Source: Eledone cirrhosa (taxonomy: Eukaryota). From it: a stretch of DNA of 64,000 bases. Numbering within the stretch: the stretch's first letter is position 1; each line of letters begins with the position of its first letter. Positions 28,412 through 43,773 of the stretch are shown in pieces. The position numbers and the translations under genes were made by a program. Below the pieces are notes generated by a model, which made no database searches, was not told the origin of the DNA, and was given only the letters and a program-made list of their open reading frames with translations. The DNA lies in the NCBI GenBank assembly GCA_964016885.1, contig CAXHJY010001347.1, positions 34,223 through 98,222 on the forward strand, given 5' to 3'.

Positions 28412-29403
28412 TCGCTAAAGATAAGTTGAAGAAACTGGAAATATATACATATATAATCTTATTCTTTTGAAAATTCATCTCAGAGAAATTATCATGCCTA
28501 TTTCTTTTATTTACGCTTTGTCTGAGTATGTCATTTGAAATTCATTTTGTGTTCTTTGAGAAATCATATCACTTTTTAATAACTTCTACTGTTTCGTTTT
28601 ATTGTGTGAAGAAAAATATAATTGAAGCACATTTTTAAAATCTTGAAAATGTACTTATAAGATAGAAAGTGATTTGGCTGAATCTTTAGAATGGCAGATA
28701 TAATGTTTTGTGCGCTTCCGTATTGCATGCTGTGCAGGGTACTGAGCTCAAATCCCGCTGAAGGCGCCCCAGAATTTCATGCTTTCGGCGTTGATTAATA
28801 AAGTATCAGTCAAGTAGTGTGGAGAAGTTTTCCTCTATTCGCATCTCCCCCTGTTCTCTCTGCCTGTCTTTCGCTCTTTCTCTCTCTCTCTTCCCTTTCT
28901 CTCTCTCTCGTCCCTTTCTCTCTTTCTCGTCCCTTTCTCTCTCTCTCGTCTCTTTCTCCCCCCGTTTCTTTCGTGCCCTTCTCTCTTTCTCCCTCTCTCT
29001 CTCCGTCTCCCCGTGACATCGACTATACACGGAAGTAGCATACGTTGTGAAAAAATGGAACGTCAAGCATGGCAGTAGGGCGAGAATAGGCGCACCACGT
29101 CATTTGCGGTATTTGCTCCGGCCTTCTACGCTCTGAGATCAAATCCCCCAGACGGAGGTAGTTACCTTTCCTGATTTGGATGTCGATAAATAAAGTATCA
29201 ATACAGTATTGGGCTCCCTTCGCTCTTTCTGTCATTGTCACCCACACGCATAGAGAGAGAGAGAGACAGAGAGAGTCTGAAATTTAGATCCCGAATACCT
29301 GAGCTAATATTTGCCTGGCGAGTTCGTTATCTACCGGACCACGGTGCCTACATCACGGTGCCAACATGGTAGGAAATACTATTAAACATCATTGTTTAAT
29401 AGT

Positions 29404-29608
29404 GCGGTGGATTGGTAGTATCGGTAGAGAGTCTGACAGCATGCTTTGCAGCACAGAGTTCCGGTCTTTTACTGTCTGAGTTAACTGAGGTTAACTTTGC
29501 CTTTCATCCTTACGGGGTCGATAAAATAAAGTACCAGTAATGTACTGAGGTCGAGTTAATCGAATTTCCCCTCCCTAAAATCACTGGCCCCGTGCCTATA
29601 CTAGAAAT
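29404..29608 (+). mobile_element. SINE S1 long variant
   Basis: S1 core with an extra gtcgagttaatcgaatttcccctccc segment. Confidence 0.8.
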
Positions 29609-29679
29609 CATTGTAACAATTTAGTTAACGACTGGGCTACGGTTCCTCCATGGGAAGGAATGCAACTGGATACCATTGT

Positions 29680-29960
29680 AAGCTCTGCCAGTGTTTCCTT
29701 ATGTCTGCGAGACATGGAGTGCCCATACACAGACATGAAACAGTAGTGAACAGATTTCACACAAATTGTCTGCGCATCATCTGTGATGTAACATACCAAG
29801 ATGACGAATGAAGACATTTTCACAGCACAGAGTTGTCACATCTTTATCCTGAGGTAAGAAACAGGTGAATGACATGGATTGGTCATCAAATCCAGCATCC
29901 AATTAGTGACTTACGGGATGAGTGTCTTTTGCTACATCAAATACCAGGAGGTCACTGCAA
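29680..29960 (+). pseudogene. RTE-clade LINE reverse transcriptase C-terminal fragment
   Basis: Frameshifted motifs YVCETW, NCLRIICDVTYQD, TNEDI, MTWIGH. Confidence 0.6.
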
Positions 29961-30259
29961 GTGACAAGACCAAAGATCACATTCTAAAGAATGGTCACAA
30001 AAGAACTGCTAGCATGTGTGGTGTACATATTGATATTATACGCAAATATACATGAATGTAGATGTGATACATCAAAGAAAATCAATATCCACAGAAATTG
30101 AAAAGAGACTGTGTTACACCCTCTTCTGTAATCAGTAAAGTAATCCATGATACATTTTAAAAAAGACGATATTATATATAAACCCATTACCGTGAAATGT
30201 AATGAATACGAAAAAGGAGAAAATTAGCGACAGAAATATAAACATTATGATATAACGAT

Positions 30260-30613
30260 GCCGAGGTTAACTTTGCCTTTCATCCTTACGAAGTCGATAA
30301 AATAAAGTACCAGTAATGTACTGGGTAATTGCTGGCCTTGTGCCTAAAGTAGAAACAATTATATATAAGAATATTTATGTTTAATCAACAGCTACGAACT
30401 TTAGTACATAAATTATGTAATAGTCATTCATACTTTGGCAGTATCGGTAGAGAGTTGGACGTCATGCTTTCCAGCATAGTTACGTCCCTTTACGGTCCGA
30501 GTCCAAATCCCGCCGAGGTTAACTTTGCCTTTCATCCTTACGAGGTCGATAAAATTAAGTACCAGTAATGTACTGGGTAATTTACTGGCCTTGTGCCAAT
30601 AGTAGAAACAGTT
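30260..30613 (+). mobile_element. Two SINE S1 copies (30260-30361 partial, 30436-30613)
   Basis: Match S1. Confidence 0.85.
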
Positions 30614-30937
30614 ATGTATTCAAATTAATCCAACTTATTTAACTAATATTTATTATATGATAATATGGTTTATGTTTGTACACATATTTCTCTGTGTTCT
30701 ATTATTGGTTAAGTGGTGTAATATTTCGTTAACTACTGGGCCATGGTACCTCGATGGGAAGGAATATAATTGGATATCGTTGTAACATTTCAATTATTTT
30801 CCGTCCTACAAATTATGTACAGCATTAATCTTTATTCCACTTATCGAAACATTTAACCAATTAATCTTTCATTGATGTTTTACTTTACTGTTTGTGGTTT
30901 GTTCAAGATTTAGGTTTTAATTAAATAATTAAATAAA

Positions 30938-31126
30938 TAATTGTTTCTACTTTAGGCACAAGGCCAGCAATTACCCAGTGCATTACTGGTACTTTATTTT
31001 ATCGACCCCGTAAGGATGAAAGGCAAAGTCAACCTCGGCGGGATTTGAACTCAGATCGTAAAGGGACGTAGCTATGCTGGAAGGCATGGCGTCCGACCCT
31101 CTACCGATACTGCCAATCCACCGCCC
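30938..31126 (-). mobile_element. SINE S1 in a (TAAA/TAAT)n tract
   Basis: Close to the S1 consensus. Confidence 0.9.
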
Positions 31127-31346
31127 TTAATTAAATAAATAATTAAATAAATAATTAAATAAAATATATAATTAAATAAATAATTAAATAAATAATGAAA
31201 AAGTAACAACTCTCACTAATTACAACCATTAATACTGTGTCACAGTGTTCATCATTAAACTGTTGTTGAGACTGAAATGAAATTTAAAATATTACATTTA
31301 AAATTTATAACGTTATAATTTAATATATTAATATGGTGTAATGCTT

Positions 31347-31943
31347 TAGGGTGGTTGACTCGGAGAATGGGTAGAGCGTCGGATAAAGTAATTTGTGGCG
31401 TATAGGTACACCACGTTTCGTTTTGTGTTCCAGTGTCGTTAAAATAATGTACCAGTAACGTACTGGGGTTGATTTAATCGTCTCCCCCTCTCTAAAACAT
31501 TGTTGGCCTTGTGCCTAAATCAGAAACCACAATGATTTAAAGGGCAGTGGATAGGCAGTAAGGTTAGCGTCTCCAGCATAGTACTTTGCTGCAGGTAAGT
31601 ACGGCCCTACATTTTCTGAGTTCAAATCCTGTCGAGATGACATTTGCAGTTCGAGGATCGATAAATAAAGTACCAGTGAAGTAATGGGTTGGATTTAAAC
31701 GACTCTCCTCTGCCCCTAAATTGCAGAACCTTGTGGCTGGGTCAGAAACACAGTGGATTGGCAGTAGAATCGGTAGAGGGTCGGATGCTATACTTTGCAG
31801 CAAAGAGTTACGGCCCTTTCCGGTCTGAGTTCAAATCCCGCCGAGGTTAACTTTACTTTTCATCCTTATGGGGTCGATAAAATAAAGTACCAGTAATACA
31901 CTGGTATAATTGCTGGCCTTGTGCCAAAAAGTAGAAACAATTA
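31347..31943 (+). mobile_element. Three tandem S1-related SINEs of differing divergence
   Basis: Three successive gtaccagt...ccttgtg..agaaac bodies. Confidence 0.8.
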
Positions 31944-32088
31944 TAACATATTGCTTGGTAGATACTGGGGTGTGTAAAACAATAGTGTGATATACTGAGT
32001 AAGGACTGTATCTAGCTTGTAGATTACACTAATCGGCTCAGGATCGCAAGTTTGTCATTTCTAATCCGGAATGTAATTGAGAAGTACC

Positions 32089-32268
32089 TGTTTCTACCTT
32101 TTTGGTACAAGGCCAGCAATTAACCCAGTGCATTACTGGTGCTTTATTTTATCGACGCCGTAAGGATGAAAGGCAAATTAAACCTCGACAGGATTTAAAC
32201 TCAGAACGTAAAGGGCCATAACTTTATGCTGCAAAGCATATTGTCTGACGCTCTACCGATACTGCCTA
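32089..32268 (-). mobile_element. SINE S1
   Basis: Matches S1. Confidence 0.85.
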
Positions 32269-33279
32269 TCTTCAATAATTCGTTTCATATAGCTCTAACA
32301 GACTCAGCTCGCAGAAAAAAGTTGTACCTTTAATTCAAATAACCAGACTTGTCATACACGATGTCACACCGAATTTATTTGAGAACTACACTAAGTGTAC
32401 ACGTGACTGTGGAATACCCGGCCACTTATACGTTAATTGCACGAACATGCCTCTTTCTCCCCGCCTTTCTCTCTCTCCGTATATATATGAACCCAAATCA
32501 TTCAGTCTACCATATTGTAAACATCAGACTGACAGTGACGGTATTAAACCCAAAGAAACTTAAATATCTACGTATACTATCGTTGTCACTGTTTATATAT
32601 AATTCGTCATATACATACATACAGAAACAAATACATACATACGTACATACATAAACAAATACGTACGTACATGAATGCAGGAGTGCTAGCGTGTAATATA
32701 TATGTGTGTGTGTTTATACGGAAGTGTACATCCTCTGTGTTATAGAGGCTTTCAAACCGTGCTAAATTCCTTCATTGTTACACTCTACTTGTTGTTGTTG
32801 CTGCTGCTAGTGTTTATCTTTCGTCTTGACAGTTCCATGAAGTCGCCATCTTCTTGGGATGACCTTGTCAGGCAAAAACACAAATCTATGTTCACTCGTG
32901 AAAAGTTCACGGTGAAAGATTAAATCGAAAAATAGTTTCTAAACAAATCAACATACACTGTCGCCCATGTTCCTCATTCATACCCCAACACAACCTAAGC
33001 CAAGTGTGTATGTATGTATGTATGTATGTATGTATGTATGTATGTATGTATGTATGTATGTATGTATGTATGTATGTATGTATGTATCTGTGTGTGTATG
33101 TATGTATGTGTGTATGTGCGTAATGACACGCATCCCTATATATATGCGTATGTGTATATATATGTGTGTATATATATGTATGTATATATATATAATTACT
33201 TATGTATGTTTGTATATATAAATATATGTGAGTGTGGTGTGTATATATATATATGTATGTGTATATATGTATACATGTT

Positions 33280-33326
<47 letters not shown>

Positions 33327-33759
33327 ATGTGTATAAGCATATATATATGGGTATGTGTATATGCGTATATATATGGTTACGGATATATGCATATATTTTT
33401 TTTTCGTATATATACATATAAATATGTGTTTATGTATATATAAATATGTGTTTATGTATATATATGTGTGTGTGAATACTATATATATATATATTTATGT
33501 ATATATATATGTGTGTGTGAATACTATATATATATATATTTATGTATATATATGTGTGTGTGAATACTATGTATATATATATATTTATGTATATATATAT
33601 ATGTGTGTGTATACTATATATATGTTTATTATATATATATATATGTGTGTGTATAATATTTGTGTTTATGTATATATATATGTGTGTGTAATATATATAT
33701 ATTTATATATATATATATATAATATATGGTCCATCTGGTTCCTTACCACAACTACTTCG

Positions 33760-33836
<77 letters not shown>

Positions 33837-34529
33837 GTCATATATATATATACATATATATACATTCACACCCAGACGTATACACTTTATTTGCGTATGT
33901 GTATATACAATAGTATACTATACAACACGTTAGAAATATGTGGCTTTTGATATCAAAAGAATGATTGATATCATAATTTCATCCGTTTGTGTAAAATATT
34001 TATGACATTGTTTCATGGCCCAAATTTTCTCAACTCTTCAAAAATAGAAATTAAAAAAGTTGCTGTATGTTTTACACTCCAGCTAGCATCATGTTTGATA
34101 ATGTTCTGTAAAATCTTTGAATATAATTAAAAGTAACATAAACATACAAAAATGTGTAATATATATATTTATATCTATATATACGTATATCTATCTAGCT
34201 ATATCTCTATCTCTCTTTCTATATATATATGTATATATATAGGGAGAAAGTAGGACCCAGACGGCAGAGCTCAAGCCGTTTCGACGGCTATTTCTGGACT
34301 AAAGTAAGAGTTTTTTTAGTCTGGTAAATAAATAGCCAAACTCTTCAAGGTGTACTACCTTATATGAGAAGATTGTAGTTGTCAAGGGGATTAGTCAAAA
34401 TTTGTAGCAGACACAGAAAAGTCTATTGTGGAAGTGGGTACGGGGTGGGGGTGGCTGAACTTGCCTGTAGAACAATAGGGGAGTGGGTAGAGCCGGTCAA
34501 GCGTTGCAGGTGAAATCTACACGGCAAAT

Positions 34530-34586
<57 letters not shown>

Positions 34587-34696
34587 GTGTGTGTGTGTGT
34601 GTGTATGTGTGTATAAGTCTATGCACATATACTTCGTTTCTGTTTTGTTTTTATATATGTTTTGCAAGATTTCTTATCTGAAAACGTGTGTTGAAA

Positions 34697-34903
34697 CATA
34701 TTGTTATACTTTAGGAGGATCATGCTTGCAATAAATACACACGCACCTATTGGATTTCACTTCAATTTATTTAATAGCCGCATAGTTGTCAAATATCTTT
34801 CGGCAAACATTTTGTGACTTCCTCAGTGGCTAAAGTAAAGACACAAAACAACAAATTACTCACGGAGGAAGTCACAAAATGTGTGCTGAAAGATGTGTGA
34901 CAA
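34697..34903 (-). mobile_element. Hammerhead element family E with 43-bp fold-back (34786-34828/34861-34903)
   Basis: Homologous to 50581-50845. Hammerhead at 34788-34830(-): CTGAGGA-agtcacaaaatgtttgcc-GAAA-GATA-TT-TGAC. Confidence 0.72.
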
Positions 34904-34929
34904 TAAATAAACAATCATGGGATGTTACT

Positions 34930-35203
34930 CTTAGGGCTTTTGGTGATGTGGGCCTTCATGTTCTTAGCGCAGGAGTATCCTAGTTTTACTTTGTGTCGGT
35001 TAAAGATGGAACGCTATTTATAACCTATGTCTATCTAAGAGGTCTAGAAATGTTTTGCCTACATTGGTTTTAACGTTGAGTGAAACGGTAGGAGAGAACC
35101 AGAGAGTTTTTCTATCGTTACGCTTTGTTTTCTTATTGCTTCTGTTGTTGTTAGCGGGAGGCTAAGTGACAGTTTGCGCGAAGCCGCTGTTAGATAACGC
35201 CGT
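34930..35203 (-). pseudogene. Penelope-like element RT thumb/linker fragment (inverted)
   Basis: ALSNSGF..KRNDRKTLWFSP/FSLNVKTNVGKTFLDLLDRH/SIFNRHKVKLGYSCAKNMKAHI matches the PLE motifs WFNPPFSxNVKTNIGKxFL and IFNRNTVKVSYSCMPN. Confidence 0.8.
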
Positions 35204-35211
35204 TAGCACCA

Positions 35212-35650
35212 GGGTGCTCTTGCCGTAAGTCCGAAGCTTGTCCCCTTCAACAGCAATACGACACACCCACTGTAGTTTATGAAGCTGTGGTCACTTCCAA
35301 CCGACCAAATCAACTACAGGAGGTCAAATCCTATGTGGGTATGGCGGAGGTGCCGATTTAAGGAACGCTTCGTGAACCACCAGTCGACCTTTAGGTACCG
35401 GGACAGACATTCATCCGCGAAACTCGCGAGCCACGTATGGTCCCTCACGGACTCAAGTATAGACTACTCCATTCAATGGAAAGCCATCACTAAGTCCAAG
35501 CCATGCGTAAGTGGCAATCCGTCGTGTGGACTATGTATTGATGAACGAATAAATATTCTAAAGAGATTACGCAATAACGATTGCCAAAACCAGGTATGAA
35601 TTATTCACACGTTGTCCACATGTCTGGAAACACCTCTTAAATAACTACAA
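35212..35650 (+). pseudogene. Penelope-like element GIY-YIG endonuclease remnant
   Basis: GCSCRKSEACPL..VVYEAVV..SYVGMAE / FKERFVNHQSTF..LASHVWSL..IQWKAI..CGLCIDERINIL / RYELFTRCPH, with two frameshifts. Confidence 0.85.
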
Positions 35651-35946
35651 AGCTCGGGATTCAATTACAACAACATCCTAATTTTCTTATCAACTAGAAA
35701 CTTTCGGACTTTTGCAGTTATCTCCCTTACACCTCTCGCACGCAATTTAGTATTGCCTGAGAGAAGTGACCGTTTCTGCACATGCGCGTTCGTACGGTTG
35801 TACTTCCTGTTCCGTAACTAGCTGAGGATCCGCTAACAATTATTCTCGGTACGGTGAACTACCTGTTGTGTAACCACTTCTAACTAACTCGTCCCATGGA
35901 CTGGGTGCTCTACCAACACGGATATTACCTTCCAGTGTTCTACCAC

Positions 35947-35977
<31 letters not shown>

Positions 35978-36195
35978 CGTAATAACGTTAGTGACACTGG
36001 TCCTTTATCGGTGTATATAATGAGAAGTAATAGAAGAAATAAAATGTATATACGCGGTGAAAATATTAAGAATAATAGTAAATATATGATGTGTAGACAT
36101 GGTTGTGTGGTTAGGGTAACTGTATCCGTTGTGTGCGTGGCTACCTAGAGAAGTGTCCCTGCTATAGCTTCCGGTTCATCAATATTGTGTGAATA

Positions 36196-36768
36196 ACCAC
36201 CACCACCCCCACCTCTACAACCCTCTCCCCCAACATCACCTCTACCCCACCTCTACAACCCTCTCCCCCAACATCACCTCTACCACCAACATCACCACTA
36301 CCACCAACAAACCACCACCACTACCACCAACAAACCACCAACAACATCACCACCACTACCACCATCACTACAACCACCAACGTCACTACTACCACCTCCA
36401 CCACCAACATCATCACTATCGCCTCCAACACCACCACCATCAGCACCAACACCACCACCACCATCAACACCACCACTGCCAACACCACCATCACCTCCAG
36501 CACTACCACTTCCACCTCCACCACCACCTCGACCACCACTACCAACACCACCAACAACACCACCACCTCCACCTCCACCACCACCACCAACAACAACACC
36601 TCCAACACCACCACTACCAACACCCCCACTACCACCTCCACCAAAACCACCGCCACCAACATCACTACATCTACCACCTCCACCTCCAACATCACCACTA
36701 CCACATCCACCACCACCAACAACATCACTACCACCACCACCACCACCACCACCACCATCACTACCGTC
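36196..36768. repeat. (CAC/CAA)n degenerate trinucleotide repeat
   Basis: Direct reading; the His/Gly/Val ORFs are artefacts. Confidence 0.9.
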
Positions 36769-36829
36769 TGACTTAACATATCTGCTGTGGTTGGCAGAAT
36801 TCACATAATTGTATGTACACACATATTTC

Positions 36830-37942
<1,113 letters not shown>

Positions 37943-38766
37943 GATACATTTGCCTTTAGGTTTTCTCAAGCGACAGTAATATTAAATTTACCTACAATGA
38001 AAATAAAGTAAAATAATTTAAAAAAATAATTTGATAATGTTTATTCATTTGATAATATTTATTTATTTGATAATATTTATTAGAAAATGTTTTGTATTCA
38101 ACTGTTTTGTCTAATAATATGATTTGATTTCTGTGTCTTACCACCTTCGTTTTCATTGTCAGATTTGGTTTCCTCAGAAACTGTGTCCGTCAGCTACACA
38201 TGTATGTGTAAACACACACACACACGTACACACATACATACACCCATACCATAAACACACCATACCACACACACTGGCGCATACACACACACACCATACC
38301 TCACACACGGGCGCATACACACACACACCATACCACACACACGCGCGCGCATACACACACACATCCACACCCGTTAGAGGAATGTTCGAAAAAAAATTTA
38401 CAAAAAGAGTTTGCACTTTGTCTTCTTCTTCTTCTTCTTCTTCTTCTTCTTTTCTTTTTCTTTTTCTTTTTCTTTTTCTTTTTCTTTTTCTTTTTCTTTT
38501 TCTTTTTCTTTTCTTTTTTCTTTTTCTTCTTTTACTTTTTCTTCTTTTTCTTTTTCTTCTTTTTCTTCTCCTTCTCCTTCTCCTTCTTCTTACTTATTAA
38601 TATTAACATTATTATTAGTAAAATTATTATTGTAATGTGTTCCTCGTATACCCTTGACTTATATATATATATGTGTATATATATATATTATGTATATATA
38701 TATGTGTATATATATATATTATGTATATATATATGTGTATATATATATATTATGTATATGTATATG

Positions 38767-38838
<72 letters not shown>

Positions 38839-38929
38839 CATATACATACATACAAAGAAGGTGTGGTAAGAAACCAGGTGGACCATAAGGCACCAGAGTA
38901 CTCAATACTTAGGATAGTAGAGTGGGTAT

Positions 38930-38968
<39 letters not shown>

Positions 38969-39299
38969 CAAATGGAAGTACAGCATAATCAAAGCACGAG
39001 CCGCAGCTAAGCTAACGAATGCAATCAGAAAGTGCAGCCAAGCACTCGATAAGGTATAAAACCTTAGAGTAATAACATTACGTTTAAAGGGCTTTGCAAA
39101 TTGAAGATAGCGACCTATAATTCAGCCACGGGGTCCGTAGCAACGAAAGAACTGACTTGCGAGAAAAAATAAATACACATATATACATAGTATTAAGTAT
39201 ACTATTTATGGTTATGCATTTACAAAAACCTTTTGTAGTTATATATATTTTTACAAACCCTAAATAGTGATAGGCAGTAATATATTACTACCTTATTAC

Positions 39300-39387
<88 letters not shown>

Positions 39388-39810
39388 AATGAATAATAAC
39401 GGGTAGACATCATAAAAAGGTAATTTATTCCGTATGCTTACAAATGTTTCCACGGTGGTACTACAGCCTAGTTACGCTATGTGCAAATTTACAAGTATTT
39501 GCAGAATTCAAATATCCAATGCTGTGACCAATGTATCCTCAGAGCAGAATGGTAAAATGTACAATGTAAATACCCTTAAGTGGGGTTGTTGGGGAAGATA
39601 GCGTAGAAAAGGAAGAGAGAAAGTAGGGGAGAGGGAGAGGGAGAGAAAGATATGCAGGGGTTGGAGAAGTAGGAGGGAGTGGTTTGTAGATATCTTAATC
39701 AAAATGTTATGGTAGGGGTTTTATTATACTGGTTACATTTACTTCTCACCGTACGTCAACCATATCCAGTGTAGTAATTAACCATTACCACATCTTGCGT
39801 AATCCTATAC

Positions 39811-39884
<74 letters not shown>

Positions 39885-39894
39885 ACAATATATA

Positions 39895-40250
39895 TACTGA
39901 GTTCGCAAAATATTGTTTTGGTAAAAACAGGAGCAAGCGGGAGGAAGCTCTCAACGATCGTTGTTTTTAGTTACGATGGAGAATTTTATAAAAATAACAA
40001 AATAAGATGCTGAGGTTACATATATCGTTTCATCATAATAATTATTTCCACATTACATATATATGCTGGGCACACAGGTATTAGGACGTGTGATTTCCTG
40101 CCAGAGACATATCAGATATATCGATTTTCATCTGAGGATACCGTTCTCATAATCAACAGCAAATGCATGAAGGACATCTCGATTGCATGGAGAACCGTGG
40201 TAATAATTATTATGACTAAACGATATATGTAACCTCTGCATCTTATTTTG

Positions 40251-40254
<4 letters not shown>
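39895..40254. mobile_element. Family A fold-back element (58-bp arms 39994-40051/40197-40254) in (TA)n
   Basis: Inverted arms; homologous to 1905-2405. Confidence 0.8.
40128..40215 (+). ncRNA. Type I hammerhead with ~60-nt stem II (GAAA mutated to GTAA in this arm, intact in the other)
   Basis: TCAT-CTGAGGA-taccgttctc...gagaaccgtg-GTAA-TAATTA-TT-ATGA. Confidence 0.68.
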
Positions 40255-40291
<37 letters not shown>

Positions 40292-40849
40292 TAAAGTTGT
40301 CCTTCATCAGTGATCTTCTAACCATCAGAGGTATTTCTTCGCTTTAAAGACCATATACCTCCGGTTGGTGCAAGCAACGGCTAAAAAAAGTCGTTGGGAC
40401 ATGTAAATAAAGGGGACACGAGAGTGTAAACAAACAAAGATGGTGAAGCAACGAAAAGTGAGGAAGAACGAGTCAAGTCCCAAATTTCCATGAATATAAG
40501 TTCGGTGAAATCGTGAACGAGAGAGAATAAAGACCATCAAACCTGGTTGGAATGTGAGCAAGGAAGGAATTCCGTACAAGTCTAACGGGAGGAAGAAGGG
40601 ATCTAGTCCGTGAATTCGGTGAACGTAAGTTCTGTGAAATCGTAGGCGAGAGAGAAAAAAAAGGCGAACCAGCCTGACCAAGCGTGCGAAAGAAAAGAAT
40701 TACGCACAGGAGAGGTAGTAACAGAGAGTGAGTGAGTGAAGGTGAGGAAGAGGCTAACAGAGAGAGTGACTGTTAGAGAGGGTAAAGATACAGAGAAAGA
40801 GGAAACAGTAAGAACGAAATAGACAGGTCATATATATATTTATATATAT

Positions 40850-41180
40850 TTGAAAAAAGTAAAGGATAACATGGTCAACAGTACAAAAAAGGGGAATTTA
40901 TTTACAGTTTTCAGCAATTTTTAGACAATTCAATCAGAGAAACAATTGTTAGACTGTAAATAAATTCCCCTTTTTGTACTGTTGACTATGTTATTCTCCA
41001 CTTTTTCAATTGTATTACTCCAAGATAAACTTACATAGGAATACAAATTAAATCATAAATTCGACATCTACGTAAACCTCTTGTTGAGTCAAACAACGCC
41101 GTACGCTAAAACTATCCACAATAAGAAGTATTCACAACCTCTAACTGGATTACCTATAACGATATTTTGTTATCCCTTGC
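40850..41180 (+). mobile_element. Fold-back element (arms ~40850-40908/40953-41009) with the 3' half of a hammerhead and a tail
   Basis: GAAA-CAATTG-TT at 40939-40950; flanked by (TA)n. Confidence 0.65.
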
Positions 41181-41209
41181 ATATGTATATATATACATAT
41201 ATATATATG

Positions 41210-41242
<33 letters not shown>

Positions 41243-41755
41243 GTATATATATACACGGCTCAGAGGTATTTCCTTCTTCGAGCTAATTCCATTGTAAAAA
41301 AATTCATTACACTTAATAATATAACTGCTCCTAAGCTGAGCTGAACGTTGCCTCATATATACGACTGTTATTTCTAGCAGTACGGTTATGAGACTAACTA
41401 GAAACTGTAAACCATGTGCGTTACACAGTCTTTTAAATTATTTAGAAGTGAAGCATATCAATTTGTCCCTGGATGTTTACTGACGAGCGCAGGACATGAT
41501 ATTCCTACACTTATTCATCTTGAAACATATTTGGATTTTAAAGTTTAAACTTATCTACGGAACAGGTTTGATTTTGAAATTTAAATGTGTCTAAACATCA
41601 TGGCCATTTGGCAATGCAGTTCGTCTTTGTTGATTTATTATTTTAAATCGATATGGACAAACTGTAGTATAATAATTAGTATACTTCATTCTGGCTAAAT
41701 TTTCTTTCGCAATATAAATACAGATGTGTTGGTATCTGTGTTTCATCATATATAT

Positions 41756-41812
<57 letters not shown>

Positions 41813-41921
41813 GTATATATGTATGTATATGCGTATAGATATATATATATATATGTATATATATGTATATGTGTATGTATATATGTATATGTATATATGT
41901 ATATATATATATGTATATATG

Positions 41922-41994
<73 letters not shown>

Positions 41995-42147
41995 GTATAT
42001 GTAGTGAGAAAAACCACAGACCCTCCATCTCAACTCACCTTTTGAAAAGCAGAAGAACTGCGAAACCGGTAAAGGAACCAAATAAATATATATATTTAAA
42101 AAAAAAATAAGACTTCAGTTGCATTTTCGATTTCATCTCTTTTTCTT

Positions 42148-42149
42148 TA

Positions 42150-42221
<72 letters not shown>

Positions 42222-42233
42222 GTATATATATGT

Positions 42234-42296
<63 letters not shown>

Positions 42297-42367
42297 TATA
42301 TATATATATGTATATATGTATATGTATGTATATATGTATATATATAAATATGTATGTATATATATAA

Positions 42368-42401
<34 letters not shown>

Positions 42402-42586
42402 GTATATATATGTATATGTATATATATATATATGTATATATATGTATATGTATATATATATATATGTATATATATGTATATGTATATATATATATGTATA
42501 TATATGTATATATATATATGTATGTATGTATATATATATATATGGATATGTATATGTATGTATGTATATATATATATATGGATATG

Positions 42587-42629
<43 letters not shown>

Positions 42630-42658
42630 ATATATATGTATATATATATGTATATATG

Positions 42659-42691
<33 letters not shown>

Positions 42692-42712
42692 GTATATACG
42701 TATATATGCATA

Positions 42713-42743
<31 letters not shown>

Positions 42744-42881
42744 ATGTATATATATGTATATGTATATATATGTATATATATGTATATATATGTATATGTA
42801 TATATATGTATATGTATATGTATATATATGTATATATATATATATGTATATGTATATGTATATATATGTATATATATATGT

Positions 42882-42915
<34 letters not shown>

Positions 42916-43014
42916 GTATATGTATGTATATGTATATGTATATGTATGTATATGTATATGTATATGTATATATATGTATATATATATGTATATATGTATA
43001 TGTATATATATATG

Positions 43015-43049
<35 letters not shown>

Positions 43050-43141
43050 GTATATATATATGTATATATATATATATATGTATATATATATGTATATATA
43101 TATATATATGTATATATATATGTATATATATATATATATGT

Positions 43142-43191
<50 letters not shown>

Positions 43192-43230
43192 GTATATATA
43201 TGTATATATGTATATATATGTATATATATG

Positions 43231-43261
<31 letters not shown>

Positions 43262-43263
43262 GT

Positions 43264-43319
<56 letters not shown>

Positions 43320-43738
43320 GTATATATATGTATATATATATATGTATATATATATGTATATATATGTATATATATATATGTATATATATATGTATATATA
43401 TGTATATATATATATGTATATATATATGTATATATATGTATATATATATATGTATATATATATGTATATATATGTATATATATATATGTATATATATATG
43501 TATATATATGTATATATATATATGTATATATATATGTATATATATGTATATATATGTATATATATATGTATATATATATGTATATATATGTATATATATA
43601 TGTATATATATGTATATACATATATATATGTATATATATGTATATATATGTATATATATATGTATATATATGTATATATATGTATATATATATGTATATA
43701 TATGTATATATATATATATATATATATGTGTATATATG

Positions 43739-43773
<35 letters not shown>

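Noticed and set aside
32833-32923. Possible terminal coding exon (SMKSPSSWDDLVRQ...)
   Set aside because: Short, with no recognisable homology or partner exons; it cannot be supported without transcript data.
41481-41535. CTGACGA...GAAACATATT as a hammerhead
   Set aside because: No convincing stem I or stem II closure.
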